NCBI GenBank assembly: GCA_964398525.1
Contig: CAYNMS010000003.1
Coordinates: forward strand, 547-64,546
DNA from: an uncultured Pseudomonadales bacterium
Lineage (GTDB): Bacteria; Patescibacteriota; Microgenomatia; UBA1400; CAYNFZ01
Direction: 5' to 3'
Length of the DNA: 64,000 nucleotides
The stretch's first letter is position 1. Every line of letters begins with the position of its first letter. A program made the translations under genes and the position numbers. The notes under the pieces are model-generated. The model saw nothing but the letters and a program-made list of their open reading frames with translations, was not told the origin of the DNA and searched no databases. This document shows, piece by piece, positions 53,180 through 63,096 of the stretch.

Positions 53180-54274
53180 CTAGCTACCAATCTTAAATTC
53201 CACCACATCTCCTTCTTTCATTTCATACTCTCTCCCTTCCAATCTCAATTTGCCGTTCTCTCGAGCTGCCTTCATTCCTCCCAATTCAACAAAGTCCTCA
53301 AAATCTATCACTTCCGCCTTTATGAATTTCCTTTCAAAATCTGTGTGAATCACTCCTGCTGCCTGAGGCGCCCTAGTTCCCTTCTCTATGGTCCACGCTT
53401 TCACTTCCTTTTCCCCAGCCGTCAAAAAGCTAATTAGTCCCAATCTCTCATAAGCAACCTTAATTAGCCGTTCCAACCCGCTTTCTTTAACTCCCAATTC
53501 ATCCAAATAGGCTCTAGCATCCGCCTCATCCAAAACTGCCAACTCACTCTCAACCCTGGCGCTAATTACCACCACATCCAAAGCCTCCAACCCCAACTTA
53601 CCTGCCGCTCCAATTCTTACCGACTCTGCCTCCACCAACCTCTCCTCCCCTACATTTACCACAACAATTTGCTTTTTGGCCGTCAACAAAAACCACTCCC
53701 TTATCTCTTCCAATTCATCTTCTCGCAGTATTTCCCTCACTCTCTTGCCTTCATTAAAACCCAATCTCAATTTATCTACTAAGCTCATTTGCGCGATAGC
53801 TTCTTTGCTTCTTTCCTTCTTAAGCCTTAATGTCACATTCTCCAAAGTTTCCAAGTCTTTTAAGATCAACTCGTTAATCACTGTTTGGTAATCCTCTTCC
53901 AAATTAGTTCCCGTTCGCACCACCTCCCCATCCTCAAAGTCCCTCACCACATGAGCCATTACATCCACTTCTCTCACGTGCGAGAGAAACTTATTTCCCA
54001 ATCCCTCTCCCTTATGCGCTCCAGCCACCAGTCCGGCAATGTCCACAAACTCTACCGTTGCCGGCACCAATGGCGGCTTCACTCCTTCCGTTTCTTCTAT
54101 TACCTCTGCCAATTTTGCCAGCCTCTCATCCGGCACGGGCACCACTCCTACATTTGGCTCAATCGTGGCAAACGGATAATTTGCCGCCAACGCTTGCTGC
54201 CGCTTTAAAAGCGCATTAAACAAGGTGCTTTTACCCACATTGGCTAACCCCACAATTCCAATCTGTAAACTCAT
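53180..54274 (-). CDS. ychF: ribosome-binding ATPase YchF
   Basis: GIVGLANVGKSTLFNAL G1 motif, C-terminal TGS domain; start probably at internal Met. Confidence 0.85.
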   Translation of the reverse strand: MSLQIGIVGLANVGKSTLFNALLKRQQALAANYPFATIEPNVGVVPVPDERLAKLAEVIEETEGVKPPLVPATVEFVDIAGLVAGAHKGEGLGNKFLSHVREVDVMAHVVRDFEDGEVVRTGTNLEEDYQTVINELILKDLETLENVTLRLKKERSKEAIAQMSLVDKLRLGFNEGKRVREILREDELEEIREWFLLTAKKQIVVVNVGEERLVEAESVRIGAAGKLGLEALDVVVISARVESELAVLDEADARAYLDELGVKESGLERLIKVAYERLGLISFLTAGEKEVKAWTIEKGTRAPQAAGVIHTDFERKFIKAEVIDFEDFVELGGMKAARENGKLRLEGREYEMKEGDVVEFKIGS

Positions 54275-54299
54275 ATCCCCGTATGATAACAAATCAAAC

Positions 54300-55541
54300 C
54301 TATCCAAACATTAACCATTCAGGTTTAAAAATCAGTAACACACCAATTATCACCATCAAAGTCCCTCCAATTAGGTGAGAAATCCGACCATACTTAGTGC
54401 TAATACCCGTCATTTCCACTGTAATCATAGCCGTAAAAAATACAATTAAGTCATCCAATAAGAAAATCAATATATAAAGTAACATGTACATGTAATATTC
54501 CCATGTTGACAAATCACTCAAAGCCAACACTTGAGTGAAAACAACTGGAAGTCCGGCTGAACAAATTAACTCCACCAAATTAACTGCAAATGCTAAAAGC
54601 ACAATTCCCCCCAACGCAATCACAAACCTTCGCTCGTGGGTAATCTCCTTTAGCTTTTCAAAGACCACCCGTCTTTTTTCCTCGCCTGTAACCTTACACC
54701 CACTATCCTTGTTGGTAAAAAATTCATTTAAATTGTAAGCTCCCCCACCAAGAGCGATAAGACCAATTAATATTCTCACCCAAACAATTACCCCAATAAA
54801 TAGAATTAGATTTAACCACGCAGCCATAAACAAAAAGTAAACAAAAGCCGAAGCTACAATAAATGCCGTCCCCAAAATCCAACGCCTTCTTTTATCCTTC
54901 ATTCCCAAAAGAAGGCTAATTAAAAACAAAAGGGTCCACATTGCGCAAGGATTAAACCCATCCAAACCACCCAGAACAATTGTAAACACGGGTAACGATA
55001 AATTTTTTGTCTGAATTTCCCCAAAAATGGGAATTTCTAATTTATCAGGTATTGACTCGTTTTTACTGGTTTCAAGTGTCTCAGTCGAATCAATTTGCTT
55101 ATCTTGATTATCCGAACCCGTTTGTTTTGAATCCAATGCCAGCCCTATCACTTCAGCCACACTATCTGTACACACATTTTCACTGCAGAATTTAACCCTC
55201 TCCTCTATCTGTGACCCAGTCAAAGATCTATTAAATCCCGTATAAGCCTTATCACCAATTACCGTAAACGGCACACCTGAAACATCCGCTCTTAACCTGT
55301 TCCCTACCTCAATTAAATACTTTCTGTTTCGACTATTGCTCCACACCTCAAACTCATAAACTTCAGCCTGTGGGTATTTAACTTTGATATTATCCAAAAA
55401 TGGTTTTTCGGTTGCACAATGAGGACAGCCTTCTCCCCAAAAGAAATATATATTCACGGAATTGTTTTGTGCGTAAGCAAACGAAGCACTTGTTCCCAAA
55501 ATCCCTAAAACCAGTAAAAGTTTAGCCAATTGTTTCAACAT
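54300..55541 (-). CDS. DsbD-like fusion: secreted thioredoxin domain (CPHC) + CcdA transmembrane domain
   Basis: signal peptide, WGEGCPHCATEKPF, CcdA-like DGFNPCAMW. Confidence 0.7.
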   Translation of the reverse strand: MLKQLAKLLLVLGILGTSASFAYAQNNSVNIYFFWGEGCPHCATEKPFLDNIKVKYPQAEVYEFEVWSNSRNRKYLIEVGNRLRADVSGVPFTVIGDKAYTGFNRSLTGSQIEERVKFCSENVCTDSVAEVIGLALDSKQTGSDNQDKQIDSTETLETSKNESIPDKLEIPIFGEIQTKNLSLPVFTIVLGGLDGFNPCAMWTLLFLISLLLGMKDKRRRWILGTAFIVASAFVYFLFMAAWLNLILFIGVIVWVRILIGLIALGGGAYNLNEFFTNKDSGCKVTGEEKRRVVFEKLKEITHERRFVIALGGIVLLAFAVNLVELICSAGLPVVFTQVLALSDLSTWEYYMYMLLYILIFLLDDLIVFFTAMITVEMTGISTKYGRISHLIGGTLMVIIGVLLIFKPEWLMFG

Positions 55542-55542
55542 T

Positions 55543-55812
55543 TTATTTATCTTTATATTTTAAAATTACTTCAATCAGTTCCTTCCTTGATACTTCGCCC
55601 TGTAGCCTTAAAAATTCTTCACCTTCTTTGTCTATAAACACAAATGTAGGTAGGTTTTGATCAATCATATATTTATCAACCATTTCTTTGTCTTTGTCAT
55701 AATCATACATTTCAGTTTTAAGCCAAGGATGTTCTTTTTCAATTTGGCCCCATCGAGGCTTCATTACCAAACACCCAGAGCACCAAACTGCGCCAAATTT
55801 TATGACTTTCAT
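55543..55812 (-). CDS. thioredoxin-family protein (WCSGC)
   Basis: FGAVWCSGCLVMKP. Confidence 0.7.
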   Translation of the reverse strand: MKVIKFGAVWCSGCLVMKPRWGQIEKEHPWLKTEMYDYDKDKEMVDKYMIDQNLPTFVFIDKEGEEFLRLQGEVSRKELIEVILKYKDK

Positions 55813-55826
55813 CCCAACACCTCCAT

Positions 55827-56807
55827 TTAATAAATCAAGTTAAATATGTATCCCAAAAGCATTATTCCCACAAAAGTGATACCAAAAAACAGTGCTAATA
55901 ACGGCCAGTGCATCACTTTTTTAAGTATCATAGCTTGAGGAACAGAAATCGTTACAATAGCCGTCATAAAAGCCAGAGCCGTGCCCATTGGCACACCTTT
56001 ACCAACCAATGCCTCCATCACTGGAATCACACTAACTGAATTAGCATACAAAGGCGACCCGAGCCCTGTTGCCAAGGGTACACTCCACCACGATCTATCG
56101 GACAAATATCTTTCTACCAATCCAGCCGGGACAAAACCGTGAATCAAAGCCCCTATTCCTACTCCCAATAGTACAAAAGGAAAAACCTCTTTGGTAATTA
56201 ACCATGCGTCTTTCCAAAAATACTTTATTAATTCTCTAAATGGCAGGCTTGCTCCTCCGTTCTCCTTTTCAACTTCTCGTCTGGACTTAAACTTCAGAAG
56301 TTCGGACTTTACATCTTCCTCCACGCCAAGTCTTTGAACCAACAAGCCTCCTAAAATTGCAACCCCAATACCTATCAAGTTATACAAAACCATTACTCTC
56401 ATCCCAAACATCGCCGGAAATAAATATAACGACGATTCATTCACCAAAGGCGAACTAATCAAGAACGCAAAAGTTACTCCAAGTGGAATTCCCGCTCCCA
56501 AAAAACCAATAAATAACGGGATTGAAGAACATGAACAAAACGGAGTTATCACTCCTAGAGCCGCAGCAAATAGATAGTCCAATCCAAACCATCTCCGTTT
56601 AGTCAGCACTTCCCGTACTTTTTCCATTGGAAAATAGTACCGGGTTATTGCCATCAAATAATTTATTATTATCAGGAGGATGCCTATCTTTATGGTGTCA
56701 TAAATAAAAAAGTTTATAGCACTCCCCAGATAGGATTCATTCCCAAGTCCCAACCATCCAAAAGTGACAGTGTCAGCAACGACCTCAACTGGTCTGAATA
56801 CGTCCAT
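55827..56807 (-). CDS. DUF318 / ArsP-like permease
   Basis: VITPFCSCSSIPLF signature. Confidence 0.7.
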   Translation of the reverse strand: MDVFRPVEVVADTVTFGWLGLGNESYLGSAINFFIYDTIKIGILLIIINYLMAITRYYFPMEKVREVLTKRRWFGLDYLFAAALGVITPFCSCSSIPLFIGFLGAGIPLGVTFAFLISSPLVNESSLYLFPAMFGMRVMVLYNLIGIGVAILGGLLVQRLGVEEDVKSELLKFKSRREVEKENGGASLPFRELIKYFWKDAWLITKEVFPFVLLGVGIGALIHGFVPAGLVERYLSDRSWWSVPLATGLGSPLYANSVSVIPVMEALVGKGVPMGTALAFMTAIVTISVPQAMILKKVMHWPLLALFFGITFVGIMLLGYIFNLIY

Positions 56808-56808
56808 A

Positions 56809-57051
56809 TTAGTTCTTAGCTGCCTTTAATAGGCTTTTAACTTTTCCTATATCTGGTACAAATCCTGTCATTACCGGTTTTCCATCAATTGCCAATACCG
56901 GACTGCTCATTACTCCCATTTCAATAATTTTTGAAACATCAGTTATGTACTCAACCTCTTCTCCCAAATTAAGTTCATTCACAGCTTTCTGTGTCAATTC
57001 ATAAATTTTTTTGCAGGTAGGACAACCAGATCCTAATACTTGGATTTTCAT
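56809..57051 (-). CDS. thioredoxin-fold redox-active disulfide protein 2-like
   Basis: MKIQVLGSGCPTCKK, 80 aa; start overlaps arsR stop (ATGA). Confidence 0.7.
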   Translation of the reverse strand: MKIQVLGSGCPTCKKIYELTQKAVNELNLGEEVEYITDVSKIIEMGVMSSPVLAIDGKPVMTGFVPDIGKVKSLLKAAKN

Positions 57052-57382
57052 ATTTGTGTTTCTTTACCCGGAAGTTTAAACAATAAATTTGTAATGAATT
57101 CCCCTTCACTTGTTAGTGAGTAATACACTCTTAAGCCTCTTTTTTCATCCGTGACAACTCCGGCATTCTTAAGATCTTTAAGGTGGTGCGAAATAAGGCT
57201 TTGTGACATTTCCACATGCTCTCTCATCTCATGTACACAATGCTCCCCTTTTCTTTTCTAAGTATGCACAAAAGTTTTAGTCGACTTTCTTCGGCAACTA
57301 TTTTTAATAAACTTGCCAAACTCACCACCTGACTAGCTTCTGCGCTAGACGAATTACAACAACTATATGAACCCATATTCAT
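57048..57382 (-). pseudogene. ArsR/SmtB-family regulator interrupted by a 1-nt frameshift in a C4 run
   Basis: N-frame ...LKIVAEESRLKLLCILRKEK, then -1 shift at 57245-57248, continuing GEHCVHEMREHVEMSQSLISHHLKDLKNAGVV...RVYYSLT. Confidence 0.55.
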
Positions 57383-57474
57383 ATATTAAGTGAACCCGTC
57401 TTACTTTACAAGTCAGAAAAACCCATTAGTAAAGTCTAGGCAACCCACTCTTTCCCATTTATCTCGTCCACCAA

Positions 57475-58578
57475 TTAACCATTGAATTCCTCTAGCCTCT
57501 CCAGCGCCTGAATCATATTCTTTCTTCCAAACCCCACTCTAAAGTTATTTCCCTCATATCCATATTCAGTCGCAGGTAGCAACATCACACCTTTAGATTC
57601 AACCAGATCTAAACAAAAATCTTCTACCTTTATATCTTCATGTAGTTTTACAAAGCCTATTGTCCCAGCCTTTGGTTTCACCCAAGAAAACTTTTGTGAT
57701 TTTGATAAAAAATCGTCCAAAATTTGTAGATTCTCACTAATAAAATTTAAATTTCTCTCTACAATTTTTTCCTTACTCCTCAAAGCCATCAAAGCCAAAA
57801 CTTCACTTGGTGCACTACTGCATATTGTCGTGTAATCCTTAAACTCCATCATCTTCTTAAAAAGTGCTTTATCTCGAGTAACTATCCAACCAATTCTCAA
57901 ACCAGCCAAAGCAAAAGTTTTTGACATTCCAAATAAAGACACTGCCCTTTCATATGTATCACTTGCAGAAATTAATCGATCTTTGGGTTGATACTCCAGG
58001 AATCGGTACATCTCGTCAGAAAACACATAAATATCTTTGCTTTTTGCCAATTCAATTATCTGTTCCAACTCTTCATGTGCCAACATAGCCCCGGTGGGGT
58101 TGTGAGGAAAATTAATAACCAACAACTTAGTGTTGGCTTTAATCAGATCCTTTAGTTTTTCTATATCAAATTTCCACCCCTTTTCTTCCTCAGGAATCCA
58201 CCTAGCCACTTCACACCCGATCGATTCGGCCAATTGATACAAAGATTGATAACCTGGATAAGTCACAATCACATGATCTCCTTTCTCCAGAATTGTGTTC
58301 ATCGCAATAAAAATTCCTTCTTCAGGCACCACCACCAACACCTCATCCGCAGCAATTTGACTATATAGTTTTGTCACCTCTTCTCTTAGTTTTGGAAGAC
58401 CTTGAGACTCTGTGTAACCAAGCCACAATTCATCCCACGAACCTCTTGTTTCATCATCAGCCAGATCAAGCAATTCTTTTAGCGTCAAGGGTTCACAATC
58501 CGACGCACTCAATAAATAAGGTGCTTTAAACTCATATTTGGCGAAATATCTCTCTAGCCGAAATGGCTTAATCTTCAT
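57475..58578 (-). CDS. class I/II PLP-dependent aminotransferase
   Basis: SKTFALAGLRIGW (PLP-Lys). Confidence 0.8.
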   Translation of the reverse strand: MKIKPFRLERYFAKYEFKAPYLLSASDCEPLTLKELLDLADDETRGSWDELWLGYTESQGLPKLREEVTKLYSQIAADEVLVVVPEEGIFIAMNTILEKGDHVIVTYPGYQSLYQLAESIGCEVARWIPEEEKGWKFDIEKLKDLIKANTKLLVINFPHNPTGAMLAHEELEQIIELAKSKDIYVFSDEMYRFLEYQPKDRLISASDTYERAVSLFGMSKTFALAGLRIGWIVTRDKALFKKMMEFKDYTTICSSAPSEVLALMALRSKEKIVERNLNFISENLQILDDFLSKSQKFSWVKPKAGTIGFVKLHEDIKVEDFCLDLVESKGVMLLPATEYGYEGNNFRVGFGRKNMIQALERLEEFNG

Positions 58579-58596
58579 TCTGTTTCTCCTAAAAAA

Positions 58597-59346
58597 TTAC
58601 CATTTCTGTACCACAGTTAAGTCCTTCATATACTTAACTTGTGGATGAAGTCTCGCAAATTCAAAAATTTGTTTATTCCTCAAATCAGCTTCAGTTACAA
58701 TTACTTGAAAATCGTCAATTTTTCTAACCGGATAACCCAAAGCCTCAGGCAATTCCTCCACTATTTGATAAACCTCGCTAAAACCATCTTTCTTGTTCTC
58801 TTCGACTTCTTCTTCAATAAAACTCAAGGGCAAGTAGTGCTCCGGAAAAACAATATTGGCAGAACAGTATTTAAGCGCATTCTCATTATGAACATTCAAG
58901 TCAGCTATTTCCCTCCCCTCTATCATCGGCCGCATCAAGGCAATATTAGTTGTCGCTAATATTTTTCTTTCTTCTTCACTCATGTTCTTCTCAATAAACT
59001 CATCCTCCACCGGTCCCATATCTGCAAAGTTTGTCACCGAAAACTTCCCCCACCTTACGTTAAAAACCACTGTTGGCGTCCCCCTATCTTCTTTTGCCTC
59101 AATGCCTGTTATTAATATTTCTCCGTTTTCATATTTTCCTGGATAAGAGTAAATCCACGCCCCCGGTGAGGCCCCTACATGTCCATGATCGTGCCAACTG
59201 CTGCTGCTTAACAAAATATCCGCTTCAATCAAACCAATGTCTACCATACAAAACAAATCATATGGATCAAACAACACTCTTCTCCCTTCCCTTTCAAGTA
59301 AAAAACAACACCTACCGTACCATTTTATTGTCAAACTTTCACTCAT
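58597..59346 (-). CDS. hypothetical protein with degenerate MBL-like motif
   Basis: WYGRCCFLLEREGRRVLFDP and SSWHDHGH. Confidence 0.4.
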   Translation of the reverse strand: MSESLTIKWYGRCCFLLEREGRRVLFDPYDLFCMVDIGLIEADILLSSSSWHDHGHVGASPGAWIYSYPGKYENGEILITGIEAKEDRGTPTVVFNVRWGKFSVTNFADMGPVEDEFIEKNMSEEERKILATTNIALMRPMIEGREIADLNVHNENALKYCSANIVFPEHYLPLSFIEEEVEENKKDGFSEVYQIVEELPEALGYPVRKIDDFQVIVTEADLRNKQIFEFARLHPQVKYMKDLTVVQKW

Positions 59347-59455
59347 TCGTTAATTCTACCCGTTTCTACATTTACCCGCTACCAAAGTCATACATACATT
59401 TACCAATTCAAGACTTTAAGTGCCCTTACTTTTAAAAAACATATAATCAAATCAC

Positions 59456-60136
59456 CTAAACCCACTCTCCTGATATGATCGAATCCAGGGGGTGGCGTTT
59501 AGCACTCACTTCCAGCCTAGAAAACAAATCAGCACTAGAAATCGTCTCATTGTCCTTATTCGCCTTTATCCCCAACCGTCCCACATCTGCCCCCACACCC
59601 ACCAACAACACTTCAGTTCCTCGCCTGTTTAGGTGCTCCGGTTCCGCTTTGGAAAAATTTGAGAAAGGTGTCTCAGCCGACTTTGGCGCCACCTCGGCCA
59701 AACGGCTCAAAAAAATATAGTTACCCTCTTTTTCAATATTAAAGGCCCGTTGCACCTTTCCCAACTGTTCCGGCAACTCCAAAGCATACATCAAGTGCAT
59801 GTGGTCTCTGTGCTCTACCATTGCGTAGATCCCTTCTCCTGCAGGCCTCGACATTCCTTTCCTACGTACCTGATTCCTCAAGGTTTTAAATCCTCTTCCG
59901 CCCACGATCTGGACAAAGCCCCAAGCGTTCCCTGTTTCACCGTCAATTCTGGGCAGTTTTTTGACTCCCATCACGATATATCTAGGTAAATTGTCACTCT
60001 CCGGATCCATGACTAAGAAAAAACGCGCTACATCATCTAACCCTTTGGTTGCTTCAACTTTCCGTCTGGGTTTATAAAAAAAGTAAATATCCCCCTGTTC
60101 TACTATCGAAACATCAATCTCCCATTTCTTTTTCAT
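59456..60136 (-). CDS. hypothetical protein (226 aa)
   Basis: long ORF, no recognisable motifs. Confidence 0.45.
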   Translation of the reverse strand: MKKKWEIDVSIVEQGDIYFFYKPRRKVEATKGLDDVARFFLVMDPESDNLPRYIVMGVKKLPRIDGETGNAWGFVQIVGGRGFKTLRNQVRRKGMSRPAGEGIYAMVEHRDHMHLMYALELPEQLGKVQRAFNIEKEGNYIFLSRLAEVAPKSAETPFSNFSKAEPEHLNRRGTEVLLVGVGADVGRLGIKANKDNETISSADLFSRLEVSAKRHPLDSIISGEWV

Positions 60137-60202
60137 GACACGTATTCCACCACACCAGCATCACAATCCCATAAGAATCTGGTAAGGACCAGGCAAACCC
60201 TT

Positions 60203-60754
60203 TTACACTCCAGGCATCACAAATCCTTTCACAGTTTGTCTAGAGAAGGCCGAAAAATTATATGGCACCTCGAAATCGACTGACAAGACTAAGGTTTGTT
60301 CTGGAGAAATTGTGAATTCTTGCAAAACACTTAAAAGATCACCTTCGTTTGTACTTGGCAGTTCTATGCCAACGCCCCGAATAGTTTCGTCACTGTGATG
60401 ACTTAAAAATACTCTAGTACCCTTTTTTCTAATACTCCAATAAATATAAAGGCTGTTTCCATCTTCAACCTCTGATTCAAACACAATCAACCCCTCATAG
60501 TCAGGGTTATCACCAATTTCTCTCCTGTGGCTCAAATTCCAGGCCCTTGTGTTTTCAGCATCTTCATAAACCAAAAATAACCAATCAGTTATTTGATACA
60601 AACCCAATCTCTCAAGGCGCAAATCCATTCCAGGTCTGTCTCCCACTCCCCTGTCATATACCTCCTGAGCACAGTCAATAACTTGGATTATCCTCCTAGG
60701 ATCAGTTATTCGAAGTGCCTCCCATTCACCACCCCTTATTATTCTTTCGCTCAC
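60203..60754 (-). CDS. hypothetical protein (183 aa)
   Basis: long ORF, no recognisable motifs. Confidence 0.45.
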   Translation of the reverse strand: MSERIIRGGEWEALRITDPRRIIQVIDCAQEVYDRGVGDRPGMDLRLERLGLYQITDWLFLVYEDAENTRAWNLSHRREIGDNPDYEGLIVFESEVEDGNSLYIYWSIRKKGTRVFLSHHSDETIRGVGIELPSTNEGDLLSVLQEFTISPEQTLVLSVDFEVPYNFSAFSRQTVKGFVMPGV

Positions 60755-60944
60755 TATCCCTCAAAAATTAATTATATATTGATACTTCACCTATTTTACA
60801 CTTTACGCTTTAAAGGCTATTCAAGTGTCACTTTTCAAATTTTACAAATAATTTTCTAAGCCTCTCTTAACTTTTAACAATTCAATTTTTACTCTTCTGT
60901 CCTCTCCTCTTGCCCCCAGTCTTGCCTACTGCCATAATCGCCCC

Positions 60945-62678
60945 ATGCATCGCTCCTCCATTTCTCCCCGTCTTTTCCCCCTAATTTTAGTCTTACTTAC
61001 TTTTTTAGTCTTCTTTCCCACTCTCACCAACGACTTTCTCCTCCTTGATGATTACGATCAAATCCTTCTTCACCCCAATGTCACATCCCCCTCTGGTATC
61101 TTCAAACACTTCTCATCAAGCACTTACTTTGATTCCCAAACTGGCACCAATTATGGTCTTTTCTATCGGCCCCTTATGCTTGGTCTTTATACATTCATTT
61201 ATTCTCTATTTGGCCCCGATCCACTCTTCTTCCACTTAATCCAACTAATATTGCACTTGGGTGTCGGCCTATGTTTCTATTCACTCTTAAGTCGCCACCT
61301 CCCTCGTTCCACTTCCTTTATTGCCGCTCTTTTCTTCCTCATTCATCCCCTAAATTCCGAAACCGTTCTACACCTAGCCAACTACCAAGACAATCTGTTT
61401 GTTCTTTTTGGCCTTTTCTCTCTCCTTTTGCTTACTTCAAAGCTTTTCCACCTTTCCCATCGGCACCTCTTCACCCCCCTCCTAAGCTTGCTGTTATTTT
61501 TAAGCCTACTTTCCAAGGAAACAGGGATACTTTTTGTCATTGCTATCCCCATTTATGCCCACCTTCTCGCCTCTTTCCGCTTCAAATCTGCCGTATTTTC
61601 CTCTTTAATTGCTGCTACTACTTACTTATTCCTTCGTCTTGGTATTGCTCATATCAGTTTTGGTTTCACCTCCATCGCCCCTATTTCTGAGGCTGCTTTT
61701 CTAAATCGCCTTTTCCACGCTCCCCTAATTGCCAGCCACTATCTAACCCACTTTTTTCTACCTCACCAACTCTCAATTGCCCAGTTCTGGTTTTATTCAC
61801 CGCTACCCCTACCTAATTTAATTTTTTCTTTACTTTTTCTGGCTCTCTTTATCAGCTTTTGTGTCCTTCTTCTCCTCCGACTTCGCCTTACAAGTAGTTT
61901 CAAACCTGCCTTATTTTTTCTACTTCTTTTCTTTTTTGCCACATTAGTTCACCTGCACCTTTTCTTGCCGTTGGAGCAAACTTTAGCCGAGCGCTGGTTC
62001 TATCTTTCTTCATTAAGTCTAATTGCCTTTTTAGCTTTTTGTTCTATCCATGTATCACTGCCTCGCTTGCCCTCAGCGCTTTTACTCATTGGCATTTTGA
62101 TTTTGTTTTCTGTTAAAACCCACACTCGCGCTTACGACTGGCGAAACACTCAAACTCTCATTTCAGCCGATCTACCCAAACAGTCCTTTCCCCATAATTT
62201 TTATCTCAACAACCTTCAAGCCACCCTCTATATTCACCAAGCCGACTACGAGTCAGCTTTGCCTTTTGCTTCTCTCTCAGTCAAAGCCCGTCCCTTAGTT
62301 GCCAACCTCAACAATCTTGGTCTGATTTACGCACATTTAGGTTATTCCGATTTATCCGTAAAATACTTTTCCAAGGCTCTAACTCTTTCTCCCACTCATT
62401 CAACTTTTCAAAATTTCGCTCAATCACAGTATTACTTATTTCAAGATTTTCAAAAGGCAGAACCAATCGCCCAACAAGGCTTATCGCTTTATCCTCAATC
62501 CGTTCCTCTCTGGCTTATTTTATCGCAAACTCAATTTCAACGAGGTGCCTCAGAAGCTGCCCGACTTTCAGCTCAAAAAGCCCACACTCTGCGCCCTGAT
62601 CCCACCACCTATTATGTCTTAGAATCTATCAACAACAACCTCCAACCCGATCCGAACCAATTCATCTCCTTCGAATAA
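60945..62678 (+). CDS. polytopic membrane protein with C-terminal TPR repeats (TMTC/DUF1736-like, possible GT-C glycosyltransferase)
   Basis: N-terminal NDFLLLDD motif, more than 10 TM helices, TPR-like C-terminus. Confidence 0.55.
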   Translation: MHRSSISPRLFPLILVLLTFLVFFPTLTNDFLLLDDYDQILLHPNVTSPSGIFKHFSSSTYFDSQTGTNYGLFYRPLMLGLYTFIYSLFGPDPLFFHLIQLILHLGVGLCFYSLLSRHLPRSTSFIAALFFLIHPLNSETVLHLANYQDNLFVLFGLFSLLLLTSKLFHLSHRHLFTPLLSLLLFLSLLSKETGILFVIAIPIYAHLLASFRFKSAVFSSLIAATTYLFLRLGIAHISFGFTSIAPISEAAFLNRLFHAPLIASHYLTHFFLPHQLSIAQFWFYSPLPLPNLIFSLLFLALFISFCVLLLLRLRLTSSFKPALFFLLLFFFATLVHLHLFLPLEQTLAERWFYLSSLSLIAFLAFCSIHVSLPRLPSALLLIGILILFSVKTHTRAYDWRNTQTLISADLPKQSFPHNFYLNNLQATLYIHQADYESALPFASLSVKARPLVANLNNLGLIYAHLGYSDLSVKYFSKALTLSPTHSTFQNFAQSQYYLFQDFQKAEPIAQQGLSLYPQSVPLWLILSQTQFQRGASEAARLSAQKAHTLRPDPTTYYVLESINNNLQPDPNQFISFE

Positions 62679-62682
62679 TTAT

Positions 62683-63096
62683 TTATCTGCGAATCTCAAT
62701 TGTTTCACCTGGGTTAAGTTCAGAATCAGCTGTCGCCACAATTCTCCCATCAGCATCCTCATAAATTTGATAACCGCTATCCTCCTGGCTTCCAGAACTC
62801 GGGTCAATCGGCATCTCCGGCAGATAAGTAGGCACCAAATCATCCGCTAAATTCAAAAAACTTGTCCCCAAAGTCTGTGTCGAAGTTGTTATTCCATCTG
62901 GAATATCTCCATTATTTTCCGCCGCGTACTGATAAATGGCGTTAGTCAAAGAATAAAGCCCACTTCTTCTCTGTACATCTCTTGCCGAAGCAAACTGCCT
63001 AGAAGGATTAACAGCTACCAACACCACTGCAGCCAGTATTCCAATCACTCCAATCACTACCAACAATTCAAGCAAAGTAAAACCATTATTTTTCAT
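62683..63096 (-). CDS. type IV pilin (distal copy)
   Basis: NG|FTLLELLVVIGVIGILAAVV. Confidence 0.75.
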   Translation of the reverse strand: MKNNGFTLLELLVVIGVIGILAAVVLVAVNPSRQFASARDVQRRSGLYSLTNAIYQYAAENNGDIPDGITTSTQTLGTSFLNLADDLVPTYLPEMPIDPSSGSQEDSGYQIYEDADGRIVATADSELNPGETIEIRR

